Assembly (NCBI GenBank): GCA_041576165.1
Contig: JBFGLM010000020.1
Location: 16,949 to 80,948 of the forward strand
DNA length: 64,000 nt
Origin: Acidimicrobiia bacterium
GTDB lineage: Bacteria; Actinomycetota; Acidimicrobiia; Spongiisociales; Spongiisociaceae
Reading direction: 5' to 3'
The number at the start of each line of letters is the position of its first letter. Within the stretch, counting starts at the first letter, position 1. The notes beneath the pieces are model-generated. The model ran no database searches and was not told the origin of the DNA. It was given only the letters and a program-made list of their open reading frames with translations. This document shows, piece after piece, positions 1-10,503 of this stretch. The position numbers were made by a program, and so were the translations under genes.

Positions 1-254
1 CGCCCCTGACTCGGCGTCGTGGCTGCGCGGCCGGGGCTGGGCGCTATACCAGGCGGTCGTGGCTCTTCCCTATTACTGGCACACCAATCCCACGATCGTC
101 CGTCAGGCCTCTCACGCGCTGGCCGAGATTTGCTCGGACCGCGAATAGTGGCCAAGCGAAACGGCCCTGGGTGCCTCTTCCTCAGCGCGCGAGTTGCTAG
201 TTGTATCTCACTGCAGAACGACTTCTCCTCCGGGTCCTCGTCCGTCTCGAGGCC

Positions 255-758
255 TCACGCCGTGAACGTGCCCGGCCGGGGTTGCAGCTCTGGTTGTGAA
301 TACTCCGGCTCCCACGGGAACCGGCCGGCCTCATCGTCATAACTCAGCTGCAGCACCGGCACCGATACTTCCGGCGGCCGCTGGTAGTAACGGTTGGCGC
401 CCAGCACGATCGTGCCCGGATTGGGGACCAGCTCCGGGATGATCCGACGGTCCCAGGCCTCGACCTCGATCATCCGACCGGGAAGGAGACTCTCCCCGGC
501 TCGTATCCGCCCGCCGAGCTCGTTGAGCAACGCGCCTGCCAGCGCTTCGCTCACACCGAATACCAGCAGCTCGGGATGATCGAGCCCGAACAGGCCGATG
601 GTGTACGCGAACGGCGGCCCTTCGTTCTGCGAGGGACAACAGCCGGGCGCAGAACAGCGCTCGCCACCCACGTATTGAATAGCCCAGCCGTACTGACGAA
701 CCATCCTGGTCAGGTGGGCGTCTTCCTGGTCGATCCACGCTTGCATGCGGGCATCCAT
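255..758 (-). CDS. DUF4262 domain-containing protein
   Basis: YGWAIQYV...PPFAYTIGLFGLDHPELLVFG...VLQLSYDDEAGRFPWE pattern typical of DUF4262; ATG at 758 preceded by AAGGGG. Confidence 0.8.
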   Translation of the reverse strand: MDARMQAWIDQEDAHLTRMVRQYGWAIQYVGGERCSAPGCCPSQNEGPPFAYTIGLFGLDHPELLVFGVSEALAGALLNELGGRIRAGESLLPGRMIEVEAWDRRIIPELVPNPGTIVLGANRYYQRPPEVSVPVLQLSYDDEAGRFPWEPEYSQPELQPRPGTFTA

Positions 759-929
759 GGCATTCCCCTTGTCGGTCTCAAATGAACGTATCGCGCAGGA
801 GTGACAAGAAGCCGCGGCCAGAGCACCGACCGAGGCTCCTGGCCAGTCCCGACCCATCTCCCTCCCGATCGGCGAATAGCCGATCGGGTGTACTTCTCAC
901 ACTGGCTGCGCCAACCGTGGGCCGCACGG

Positions 930-1652
930 TCAGCTGCCCACCGGCACTGTGGCGACCTCGTGTTCCATGTCTTCCGCCGCTACCTCGGGCAGCTCGTCAA
1001 CGACCGCCTCGGGATGATCCCGCATCGCCAGCTCCAGCGTCCGCGGGCGCAGCTTGACGCTGATTCGATCCGGCACCGGCCGCAGGGCGCGTACCCCCTG
1101 GCGTACCAGGCGGCCGCCGATCATCGTGAGCACTAGGAACAACCCGATCACCAGCACCACCACCCCAACGCCCTTGGCCGCTCGATCGACCGCGTCGATG
1201 ACGTTGTTGGCGAGATCGTTCAGCCCGATCGCACCCTCACCCGAGTTCTCCGACCCGGGCTCGATTCCGACCGCGGCTTCTGCCCGGCTGGTGAGACCAG
1301 TCGCGTCAATTACCTCGAGTGTGACGGTCCATTCCCCCTCACCGTCGTAGCGATGGATCGGATTCGGATCCTCGCTCCCAGCTCCGTCGCCAAAATCCCA
1401 TGCCCAGCCCTCGATCGTGGCGTCGCCGGCGGTGGAAGTATCAACGAACTCGACATCCATCCCCGATGACATCCACTCAAAGGACGCTTCCGGTCCGGTG
1501 GCTCCTTCTGCGGGAACCCACTCGTCGAAGTAATCACCGGGCGCACCGATCATGGCGAAGGCCGACCAGAACACAATAAGGAGAAGGACGACGCCCACCG
1601 CGATGAGACCACCGGCCCACCAGCGCGCGATGCGATCAGACGAGTTCAACAT
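930..1652 (-). CDS. membrane protein with PKD domain
   Basis: PEASF...VEFVDTS...WAWDFGDG...NPIHRY...WTVTLEV PKD signature between two hydrophobic segments; AAGGAGG 8 nt before ATG 1652. Confidence 0.8.
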   Translation of the reverse strand: MLNSSDRIARWWAGGLIAVGVVLLLIVFWSAFAMIGAPGDYFDEWVPAEGATGPEASFEWMSSGMDVEFVDTSTAGDATIEGWAWDFGDGAGSEDPNPIHRYDGEGEWTVTLEVIDATGLTSRAEAAVGIEPGSENSGEGAIGLNDLANNVIDAVDRAAKGVGVVVLVIGLFLVLTMIGGRLVRQGVRALRPVPDRISVKLRPRTLELAMRDHPEAVVDELPEVAAEDMEHEVATVPVGS

Positions 1653-1807
1653 GACCCGCACCTCCTTGGTCCGACTAGAACCAGGTTGCGACCACGGCGC
1701 TCAGCCGCCAAGGGACCATCGTCATCAATCTGGGCCAATTAGGCGGTAAGTGTCGGCTTCGCCAGGGCCGGGACTGCCGGCACCCGGCGAAGCCCACCTG
1801 GATGAGT

Positions 1808-2788
1808 TCAGCCCGCCATGCTGCGGTCGATGCTCCAGACACGAGACGGCATCGCTCCATCGCGTTGCGCCTCATACCGAGATCGGCCCGGACCCAGGAT
1901 CGTGTTATCGGTTCCTTCGTCCAGCACGTCGTCGTCCGGATTCTCGGTTATTACGAGATCGTTGAACGAGCCCGGACCCAGCCAGATCTTCGCCACGGCC
2001 GCTCCGAGTCCCGTCACATCGTTGTTCCGGATCTGCCAGTTACCGGATGGCTCACCTTCGACGCCGTGGTACACGGCCGCGGTGCCTGCATTGCCCGTGA
2101 ACGCGTTTCGGATCACCGAGACATCGTTGGCTCCGAGCCCGAAGATCCCACCGAACTCGATGTTCTTGAGGTTGTAGTGGTTCTTGACGAACCGGACGTT
2201 GGCCCTGGTTTCGCCGGTGATCAACGCCCCGAGGTCAAACACCCCGCCACCGTCGGCGAATCTGATGGCGTCGACGGTGTTGTAGGCGACCAAGAAGTTC
2301 GACAGCGCTGGTGCCGGATATCCAGCGGTCTCCGCGCCGACCCCTTGGACGAAGAGGGTTCCCCACGCTTCGGCATCGGCGATGTGGTTGTGCGAAACGG
2401 TGACGTCCGAGTTGCTCACCTCGAGAGTGAGGACGCCAACCGCCACATTCTGCATCGTGTTCCCGGTGTGACGACTTCCGCCCACGACCAACCGGCCGTC
2501 AGCGAAGCCGGCCACCGCGACTCCTTCCGCCACGCTTTCGAAGTGCGACCGCACGACATGGTGTGAACCGCTGACCGGACCCCACAGGACCGGGGGACAT
2601 TCGATCGCGATTGTGCCCGCAATCCAGACACCGTGAATAACGGCGGGATCTCCAGTTGCAAGGTCAAACGGCGGCCCGCGGAACACCGAATCCGATACCT
2701 GAGAACTGACTTGATCGACCCGCGGGTTGTCGCAGTCGTAGGGCCCGGCGGTTCCGGGTCCCCCGAACTGGATGATCCCGCCGAACAA
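1808..2788 (-). CDS. right-handed beta-helix (pectin-lyase-like) repeat protein, N-terminus probably disrupted
   Basis: Repeated VxxN/IxxN strands (VSHNHI, VAYNTV, VIRNAF, IRNNDV); in-frame TAG lies just upstream (2804-2806). Confidence 0.5.
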   Translation of the reverse strand: MFGGIIQFGGPGTAGPYDCDNPRVDQVSSQVSDSVFRGPPFDLATGDPAVIHGVWIAGTIAIECPPVLWGPVSGSHHVVRSHFESVAEGVAVAGFADGRLVVGGSRHTGNTMQNVAVGVLTLEVSNSDVTVSHNHIADAEAWGTLFVQGVGAETAGYPAPALSNFLVAYNTVDAIRFADGGGVFDLGALITGETRANVRFVKNHYNLKNIEFGGIFGLGANDVSVIRNAFTGNAGTAAVYHGVEGEPSGNWQIRNNDVTGLGAAVAKIWLGPGSFNDLVITENPDDDVLDEGTDNTILGPGRSRYEAQRDGAMPSRVWSIDRSMAG

Positions 2789-3115
2789 GAAGGTGTCGGG
2801 CTCCTAGCCAAATGAACGGCCGGAATTGGGCTTGCGGAACATGAGCGAACCCCCTTGATGAGGCGGCACCAGCGCATGGTGTGGGCACTCCCCGAATCGA
2901 ATCTACACGCCACATCCTGTGGCAGGGACCCATCCCGACATTGAGGCGATCGAGCGCATCACGACGGGACGCAATCCCACCAGGCGCTCGTTTCCGGCTT
3001 CGCCCTTGAGCTTCCTCCAAGCGCCGTCCGCCACTCTGGCCATGGCGGCACTGGAAGTCTCAGCATGGCGAAAGATCGGGCCCCAGCCGACGAGTTGGCC
3101 CCCTATGTTCTGGAG

Positions 3116-6100
3116 GTGGAGTTTCGCGCCCTCGGCTCGATCGAGGTCCACGATGGGGGACGCCCGGCCGCTCTCGGGGGGCCGAAACAACGAGCGGTGC
3201 TGGCACTGCTCCTCAAGGATGTCGGTCGAGTTGTCACCACCGACAGCCTGATCGATGGCGTGTGGGGCGACGACCCGCCGGACGCCGTCAGGAACTCGCT
3301 GCACACCTACATCTCCAACCTGCGTTCCATCCTGGGCGGTCGGATCGAGCGCATGGGAAGCGGGTACCGGCTCGACGTCGAGCCGGCCGAGGTCGACACC
3401 TGTCTCTTCGAGCAACTACTCGATGAAGCCCGAGCCGCGATGTCGGTGAATCCGGCTGTATCGGGTCAGACGCTGCGCGCAGCATTGGCGCTGTGGCGCG
3501 GCCGGCCCTACGGCGATCTGATCGACGTGCCCGGGCTGGCGGATGAGATCCGGCGGCTGGAAGAGCTGCGTCTGCTGGCGGTTGAGGCCCGGGTGGATGC
3601 CGACCTCGCAATCGGACGCCATCAGGCGGTGATTCCCGAGTTGGAGGCGCTGGCGGCGGAGCATCCACTGCGGGAAGGCTTCCGGGCCCGGCAGATGATC
3701 GCGTTGTATCGAGACGGACGCCAGGGCGAAGCGCTGCGCGCCTGCCAGCGGACCCGCCAGTACTTGAGCACCGAGTTGGGAGTCGATCCATCACCCGAGC
3801 TCCAAGAGCTGGAGGAACGAATCCTCCAACATGACCCGGAGCTTCTATCCCCCCGGGACGTACGTACCGAGGAGGTGGCATTCCTGTTCACCGATCTCGA
3901 GGCCAGCACAGTGCTGTGGGAGACGCGGCCCGACGACATGCGGCACGCCCTGGCAAACCACGACGAAATACTGGTCAAAGCGGTCGCAGACGCCGGTGGT
4001 CGAGTCTTCAAACACACGGGCGACGGGATGCTCGCGGCGTTCGGGACGGTGGCCGGCGCCGCGCAGGCAGCCGCCCAGGGCCAGACCCAGCTGCAAGCTG
4101 CCGATTGGGGTGCTTTGGGTCAGTTGAGAGTCCGCATGTCGGTTGACGTGGGGGAAGTGGATGCTCGGGGCGACGACTATTTCGGGGCGCCGATGAATCG
4201 AGGCGCCCGGATGATGAGCGCGGCGCACGGCGGCCAGATCGTGCTTTCGGCCCCGGCGCAGGACCAGCTACGTCACCAAGCCGGGGTCGAGATTCGCAGC
4301 CTCGGCGAGCACCGTTTCAAAGGGCTCGGAGCGCCGCAGCAGGTATACGAGCTCCTCGTGCCGGGCCTGGAGAATGAATTCCCGGACCTGCGGACCGACA
4401 CGGTCGCGGCCCAAACAGGCCGCCAGTTCGGCGACTCAATCCGCGGCTACGAGATCCGGGAGCGGATTGGTGTGGGCCGGTTCGGGGTTGTGTACCGGGC
4501 GTATCAACCCGCGGTCGGACGGGAAGTGGCGGTCAAGGTCATCCGTCCCGAGTACGCCAACCACCCGGCGTTTGTACGCGGGTTCGAGGCCGAAGCCCGG
4601 CTGGTCGCCAGGCTGGAGCATCCTCACATCGTGTCGCTGTATGACTTCTGGCGCGACCACGAAGGCGCCTACTTGGTCATGCCGTACCTGGCCGGCCGGA
4701 GTCTGGCCGGGTCGCCCTACGGGACGCTGTCGCTGGAGCGCATGGCCTCCATCATGCGCCAGGTCGGATCGGCGCTGGCCTACGCCCACCGGCAAGGAGT
4801 CATCCATCGCGACGTCAAACCGGCCAACATCCTCCTCGACGCCGACGGCAACGCCTACCTGGCTGATTTCGGGATCGCTGTTCGGGCCGTCGAGCAGGCC
4901 GGTGGTGCTATCCCCAGCTCGCAGACCTACCGCGCCCCCGAGGACCGCGCCGGCGGTGTCGTGGATGAACGGACGGACGTCTACTCGCTGGCTGCGGTCA
5001 CCGCCGAACTGCTGACCGGCACCACACCGCCCCCGGCCGAGATGTCCGGCCTGCCTGCGCAAGTAGCGACGACGATTGAGCGGGGCCTGGCAGCCGAACC
5101 GGCGGAGAGATTCGGCTCGGTTGATCGTTTTCTCTCGGCATTCCTGATCGCTGCCGGCGCCCCTGAAACAGTGCCGGCGCTCAGGCCTGCCGTCATTCGC
5201 AACCCGTACAAAGGTCTCGAAGCTTTCGTGGAAGAGGACGCCCGGGACTTTTTTGGCCGGGATGACGAGATTGCCGCCCTGCTCCGAATGGTGGAACGCC
5301 ACCGGTTCGTCACCGTGGTCGGACCGTCGGGATCGGGAAAGTCGTCACTAGTGCGAGCGGGTCTGGTCCCGGCACTTCGGTCGGGTCGATTGTCGGGTTC
5401 ACATCGTTGGCTGACCGTGACCACCCTCCCCGGTGCCCACCCCTTCGACGAATTGGCTACGGCGCTCGCCGACGTGGCCACCGAGCGCCTCGGGCCCCTG
5501 TCGGCCGAACTGCGTGCTGATCCAAACGGCCTCCTGCGCGTCGCCAAACGGCTCACCCGCGACGTTGACGGCGAGTTGGTGCTGGTCGTCGACCAGTTCG
5601 AGGAGCTGTTCTCGCTGGTCGGCGACGAGGAGACCCGCGCTGCGTTCATCGATGCGTTGCTGGCGGCGGTCCAGGATCCTCACAGCAGGCTGCACATCGT
5701 CGCAACCATCCGGGCCGATTTCTTCGATCAGCCGCTGCTGGATGACCGACTCGGACCGGTTGTCTCTACGGCCCACCTGGCTCTGGCGGTCCCCGCCCCC
5801 GACGCACTCCTCGAAACTGTCGAAGGTCCGGCTGCGGCGGCCGGTGTGAAGCTCGAGTCGGGTCTCGCGCAGCAGGTAGTGGCTGATGTACGCGAACAGC
5901 CCGGTGGCTTGCCGCTCATGCAATTCGTCCTGACCGACCTGGTCGACCGATCCGAAATGGGCCAGGTGTCCCTGGCTGCGTATACCCAAGCAGGAGGCGT
6001 GACGGGGGCACTCTCGCGCCGCGCCACCGCAGTCTACGTGGGACTCAACGACGCCGATCGAGCTGTGGCCGAACAGATCTTCCTCCGCCTCGTCACGGTG

Positions 6101-8893
6101 TCCGATGATGCAGACGACATCCGCCGACGGGTCCGCCGCTCCGAGCTGGAATCCCTCAGCCTCGCTCCCGTGTCCGTCGGCCGCGTGCTGGATGCGTTCG
6201 GCGCAGCCCGGCTGTTGACCTTCGACCGGGACCCCATCACGCGCGGCCCCACCGTCGAGGTGGCGCACGAAGCACTGTTGCGTGAGTGGGGCCACTACCG
6301 GCGATGGATCGACAACCGCCGGGAAGCACTGCTCATACATCGCCGCTTCAGTCTGGCCTGCGCCGAGTGGGAAGCCGCGGACCGTTCAGACGGGCATCTC
6401 CCCGGCGGCGGACGCCTCACTCAATACGAGGAATGGGCGACCGAGCCCTCCGTGGTGCTTTCCGAAACGGAACGCAGCTTCCTCCATGCCGCGATCGGGC
6501 GACGCGATCGCCAGACGTCCGAGCGCCTCAGCCGGCGCCGCACCATCATAGGCGGGTTTGCTGCGGCGGCTCTCATCGCGGTCGTCCTGGCTGTCGCGGC
6601 GTGGGTGCAGACTGGTAATGCGCGGGACCAGACGACATTGGCGCAGGAACGACAGACAGCGGCAGAACGGGCACGATTGCAGGCCGATGAGAATGCGGCC
6701 CGCGCCGAAACGCAGGCCGATCGAGCCAGCCAGGCCGAGGCGGTTGCTTCCGAGGAGGCCGCCCGAGCCGCAGAAGCGGCGAGTGTGGCGACAGCTCGCG
6801 AGCTGGTCCTGGCCAGCACAATCGAGGTCGACCCCGAGCTGAGTACTCACCTGGCCCTGGCTGCCATCGAGGCGTTCCGGTCGACAGGTGATGTGCCCTC
6901 GTCCGCAGTTGATGCCCTGCGGTCTGCAGCGGCAGACATACGGGTCCGAGCCCGATACCCGGGAGGTCGGTTCGCGTCAGTCAGCGCCGACGGCTCGACG
7001 CTTGCAACCACCGCCGGCCCCGACAACCGGCGCATTGCTCTCTGGGACCTGCCGACCGGCAAACCCCTGGAGATACTGCAGCTCGACGGAGTGGATCTGT
7101 GGAGCGCCGAATTCAGCCCGACAACACCCGAACTTCATGTCGAGGCGATATATGAGGACCGGGATTGGACCGAGGACCTGGTTTGGAACCTCGACACGGG
7201 TGAATGGGAAGGTCCGATGCCGGTCGGTGCCAAGGCCAGCGACCCGGGATCGTACGACGTCAGTCCTGACGGGAGTCGGGTTGCCCTCGGGCTTGGTGCC
7301 GTTGTCCGGATCTGGGATCGCCAGTCCGCCACTGTGACATTTGAAGCCCTGTTCGACCGTTCGGATACCTCGTGGACGCCGATGGCGTTCTCAGTCGACA
7401 ATCGGTTGGCATACGTCGTCTCGGAGGGCGAGAGCGCGTCGACGATACAAGTCGTCGACTCCGATGGCGGCGAGGGAGCAATCAACATCCACGTGCCCTT
7501 CCGGGCGGTCGGCATGTCGTGGTCTCCCGACGGCACGCGGTTGGCGACGGTCAATCCCGCCGGCCAGATGGCCGTGTTCGACGGCCGTGCCGGGGCGCAG
7601 TTGTGGCTGCGCGAAGACCTTGATCGCGCTCGCACCCCCGTCTGGTATGCCGGCGGAACGAGGCTCGTCATCGGCGGGGAGACGCTGTTCGAAGTGTTCG
7701 ATGCCGACACCGGCGAAACGATTCGCCTGATACCGGGAACCGACTTCAGCCAGCGCTACTCGGTGATCCCCGGCACTGAGCTGGTTGCGATCGGCGGCGA
7801 AGGCGAAGTCCAAGTATTCGACCTGTCTGATGGGCCGCTTCCCGAGGTTGGCTCCTTCGTGTCGACCGCCGCGCCGGAACCGTTCACGATGCAATTCGTG
7901 GAGGGACGGAACGAGCTCGTGACCAGGTCATGGCAGGGCGGTCACGCGATCATGCACCCAACGACAGGCGCAACGATCGAGGAACCCGAGTTTGCCGACC
8001 CGCTTGCCTTCGAGAACCCGTTCGGATTCACGGCGGTGAGCCGCAACGGTCTCTTCGCCGCCGGGAGCGACGCCAACGGGCAGTACCGCCTTTGGTCCAC
8101 CGCTGATGGATCCGTCATCTACACCGCCCCGGCCGGTTGGGAGATCAGAGGAATCAACGACGACGGCTCGACCGTTGTGATCAGCGGCGCCATCGACGAC
8201 GAACCGTCCACTCGCCTTGTGGCCACCGTCGACGGATCCAGCGTGGCGGACCTCGATGCGGGCGAGGTATCCAAGGTGGACTTCACGGCTGATGGCACCT
8301 ACATCGTCACCAATAACAACTTCGAGGGATCGCTCCCACCCATCCGCGTGTGGAATGCCGTGGACGGAACCCTCCTGGCCGCCTTCGGGGATGAACCCTC
8401 GCGAGACGACGACGGGAATCCGGCCGATCAGTTCAGCGGCTGGTGGAACGAATTCACCCCCGATGATCGGAGCCTCGTCATCGGTGGCTATGACGGTACG
8501 GTCCGGGTCCTCGACTTCTCGATGATTGTCAGCGGTGCCCAACCTCAGGATGCGCTGGTCCGGCGGATCGACGCACACGACAACTTCATCCTGTTTGTTG
8601 GCGTGTCGCCGGACGGCTCGATGGTGGCCAGCAGCTCATGGGACGAACCCGCCAAGCTCTGGGATCTCGAAACCGGTGACCCGCGTGGAGAGTTCGGCAC
8701 GACTGCCCGGACGGCCGTCGCCTTCCACCCGACGGAACCGCGACTGTACATTGCCGAGGGGGACACGGTCACGGTCCACACCCTGGATCTCGACGAATTG
8801 ATCGACATCGCCCGGTCACGGCTCACCCGCGACATGACGGATGCGGAATGCGAGCGCTATCTCCGTCGCCCGTGCGACGGAGCGTCAACCTGA
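3116..8893 (+). CDS. multidomain signalling protein: OmpR-type wHTH + BTAD + class III nucleotidyl cyclase + Ser/Thr kinase + nSTAND1-type NTPase + TM + WD40 repeats
   Basis: EFRALGSIEV/GPKQRAVLALL (SARP wHTH); ALALWRG...HPLRE...GVDPSPEL (BTAD); FLFTDLEAST and GDGML (cyclase); VAVK, HRDVKPANILL, DFG (kinase); NPYKGL, GPSGSGKSS, VVDQFEELF (STAND); hydrophobic helix; SPDG/WD repeats. ORF open from 3065; GTG 3116 preferred. Confidence 0.9.
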   Translation: MEFRALGSIEVHDGGRPAALGGPKQRAVLALLLKDVGRVVTTDSLIDGVWGDDPPDAVRNSLHTYISNLRSILGGRIERMGSGYRLDVEPAEVDTCLFEQLLDEARAAMSVNPAVSGQTLRAALALWRGRPYGDLIDVPGLADEIRRLEELRLLAVEARVDADLAIGRHQAVIPELEALAAEHPLREGFRARQMIALYRDGRQGEALRACQRTRQYLSTELGVDPSPELQELEERILQHDPELLSPRDVRTEEVAFLFTDLEASTVLWETRPDDMRHALANHDEILVKAVADAGGRVFKHTGDGMLAAFGTVAGAAQAAAQGQTQLQAADWGALGQLRVRMSVDVGEVDARGDDYFGAPMNRGARMMSAAHGGQIVLSAPAQDQLRHQAGVEIRSLGEHRFKGLGAPQQVYELLVPGLENEFPDLRTDTVAAQTGRQFGDSIRGYEIRERIGVGRFGVVYRAYQPAVGREVAVKVIRPEYANHPAFVRGFEAEARLVARLEHPHIVSLYDFWRDHEGAYLVMPYLAGRSLAGSPYGTLSLERMASIMRQVGSALAYAHRQGVIHRDVKPANILLDADGNAYLADFGIAVRAVEQAGGAIPSSQTYRAPEDRAGGVVDERTDVYSLAAVTAELLTGTTPPPAEMSGLPAQVATTIERGLAAEPAERFGSVDRFLSAFLIAAGAPETVPALRPAVIRNPYKGLEAFVEEDARDFFGRDDEIAALLRMVERHRFVTVVGPSGSGKSSLVRAGLVPALRSGRLSGSHRWLTVTTLPGAHPFDELATALADVATERLGPLSAELRADPNGLLRVAKRLTRDVDGELVLVVDQFEELFSLVGDEETRAAFIDALLAAVQDPHSRLHIVATIRADFFDQPLLDDRLGPVVSTAHLALAVPAPDALLETVEGPAAAAGVKLESGLAQQVVADVREQPGGLPLMQFVLTDLVDRSEMGQVSLAAYTQAGGVTGALSRRATAVYVGLNDADRAVAEQIFLRLVTVSDDADDIRRRVRRSELESLSLAPVSVGRVLDAFGAARLLTFDRDPITRGPTVEVAHEALLREWGHYRRWIDNRREALLIHRRFSLACAEWEAADRSDGHLPGGGRLTQYEEWATEPSVVLSETERSFLHAAIGRRDRQTSERLSRRRTIIGGFAAAALIAVVLAVAAWVQTGNARDQTTLAQERQTAAERARLQADENAARAETQADRASQAEAVASEEAARAAEAASVATARELVLASTIEVDPELSTHLALAAIEAFRSTGDVPSSAVDALRSAAADIRVRARYPGGRFASVSADGSTLATTAGPDNRRIALWDLPTGKPLEILQLDGVDLWSAEFSPTTPELHVEAIYEDRDWTEDLVWNLDTGEWEGPMPVGAKASDPGSYDVSPDGSRVALGLGAVVRIWDRQSATVTFEALFDRSDTSWTPMAFSVDNRLAYVVSEGESASTIQVVDSDGGEGAINIHVPFRAVGMSWSPDGTRLATVNPAGQMAVFDGRAGAQLWLREDLDRARTPVWYAGGTRLVIGGETLFEVFDADTGETIRLIPGTDFSQRYSVIPGTELVAIGGEGEVQVFDLSDGPLPEVGSFVSTAAPEPFTMQFVEGRNELVTRSWQGGHAIMHPTTGATIEEPEFADPLAFENPFGFTAVSRNGLFAAGSDANGQYRLWSTADGSVIYTAPAGWEIRGINDDGSTVVISGAIDDEPSTRLVATVDGSSVADLDAGEVSKVDFTADGTYIVTNNNFEGSLPPIRVWNAVDGTLLAAFGDEPSRDDDGNPADQFSGWWNEFTPDDRSLVIGGYDGTVRVLDFSMIVSGAQPQDALVRRIDAHDNFILFVGVSPDGSMVASSSWDEPAKLWDLETGDPRGEFGTTARTAVAFHPTEPRLYIAEGDTVTVHTLDLDELIDIARSRLTRDMTDAECERYLRRPCDGAST

Positions 8894-8975
8894 CCAAAGG
8901 CCCTGAGCCGTCTGCGCGGGAGAGGGACCAGCGATAACCGGTCCCTCTCCGAGTCAATCGGCCTCGGCCGGCGAT

Positions 8976-9698
8976 CTATCCGATCTCGCTTTCGGCTCCG
9001 AGGCCGATCGCCGTCCACGTGCCGCTCGAGCCCGTAACCGTGAGACCCAGAATGTATGTGGCATACGCTTCCCCAACGGATCCCCATCGGACGAGCCGGC
9101 CACCGACCCGCACCGCTCGCGAGCGGGTGATCTTGTTCCGATTGATCGCCCGGAAGAAACCGTCCTGGGGCTGGATGATCGCTTGCTGGTTCGTGAGATC
9201 CGACCTCACCATCGGCCTGCCGGAGCGAAACGTATCTCGGTCGTCGAAGTCGGCCGGTCGACGGTTTTCGTAGACGATGGTGTGGCCGGTTCTCCACAGG
9301 TAGATGATCGGGTCTTCGAACAACGCGGTGTGCGTGTTCGCCACCGTGAAGAACGTGAAGCGAGCCGTGGTCTCATTGTGGGGTTGACCCCGAAACAGCT
9401 CGTCCTCAGTGAAGCCTTTCAACGATGCGAAATAGCCGTACTGCTCCGAGCTGGTCGGGTCCGGGTTGATCACGCCCGATACCTTGTCGAAGATCTTCTC
9501 CCCGGGGACGAGGTCGACGACCTCGGCGCCACCCGCGCCGGGGGATCGGATCGGGCCCGCCGCTGGCCTGGTCGTTCCCGATGCGGGTAACGCCAGGCTC
9601 AGCGCCGCCAGCAAACCACCTCCTGCGGCGGCTCCAGCTCGGAGGAATGCCCGGCGACCCGGGTCGATGCACGTGGTTGTTGTGTCTGCGGCACGCAT
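8976..9698 (-). CDS. Tat-exported hypothetical protein
   Basis: GRRAFLRAGAAAGGGLLAAL twin-arginine signal; AGGGAGG before ATG 9698. Confidence 0.7.
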   Translation of the reverse strand: MRAADTTTTCIDPGRRAFLRAGAAAGGGLLAALSLALPASGTTRPAAGPIRSPGAGGAEVVDLVPGEKIFDKVSGVINPDPTSSEQYGYFASLKGFTEDELFRGQPHNETTARFTFFTVANTHTALFEDPIIYLWRTGHTIVYENRRPADFDDRDTFRSGRPMVRSDLTNQQAIIQPQDGFFRAINRNKITRSRAVRVGGRLVRWGSVGEAYATYILGLTVTGSSGTWTAIGLGAESEIG

Positions 9699-9934
9699 GG
9701 CGACCTCCCTTCTGCAGACCCGGCCATCTAAGATCGCCGCCCTTGGAGAAATCTTGAAGCCACACCGAACCTCGGCTGCCATGACCTTGGCTAGGTCCCG
9801 CCGGAAACTGCGAGATGGGATGCAGGAGCCGCACGTGGACCGGGTGGGGTGTCGCTCGCCATCGGGAGCCGATGACCTCGTAGCTGACTCTGTGCTACCT
9901 GCCGCGGGCGGCCGGGGACTCCGGACCTGCCAAG

Positions 9935-10396
9935 ATGCGCATCATGCAACGGGTGGTGACGGGGCTCCATCAAGCCAGCGACGGTGCATGGCTCGTTGAC
10001 CTCGGCTGTCTGCACCAGCAGACGGTCCCTGCGGGTCCAGGCGCCGTCGACGCCCCGATGTCTCTCGTGACGAGTGTCGACTGCGAGCTGTGCGACCACA
10101 TGGTGCTGCCGGACGGCCTCACTCTGGCGCGCACTACGCGGCGGTTCGATATCGAAAGTACACCAGCCGGCCTGCGCCGGCGCCACCGGGTGGCGGACGG
10201 CGTTTGGGGGGTACTGGAGGTCGATCACGGAGCCGTGGAGTTCACCGTCCACGGAGACCAGCCGCTCGCCCGGACGTTGCGCCAGGGCGACCGCCAGCCG
10301 ATCCCACCGGGGGTGGGACACGACGTCAGCCCACACGCCGACGCCCAGTTCAGAATCGAGTTCTGGCACCGGCCGGTGGCCGCTCCTGGCGGCTGA
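9935..10396 (+). CDS. DUF3565 + DUF1971 (TehB/YeaR-like cupin) fusion
   Basis: MQRVVTGLHQ...WLVDLGCLH...CELCD N-terminus, then RTTRRF...PAGLRRRHRVADGVWGVLEV...IPPGVGHDV. Confidence 0.7.
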   Translation: MRIMQRVVTGLHQASDGAWLVDLGCLHQQTVPAGPGAVDAPMSLVTSVDCELCDHMVLPDGLTLARTTRRFDIESTPAGLRRRHRVADGVWGVLEVDHGAVEFTVHGDQPLARTLRQGDRQPIPPGVGHDVSPHADAQFRIEFWHRPVAAPGG

Positions 10397-10503
10397 AGCC
10401 GCACGCTCGACCCGGCTCGCCCTACGCCGCCTAGTGAGGTGAGAGGGCGCCCGATCGCGAACAACGTCGTAGTGGCCCGACTCCAGACGGGGCAGCCCGG
10501 CGG

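Noticed and set aside
2804-2806. Pyrrolysine or stop read-through
   Set aside because: No pyl genes or other supporting signals in the window; a nonsense mutation is simpler.
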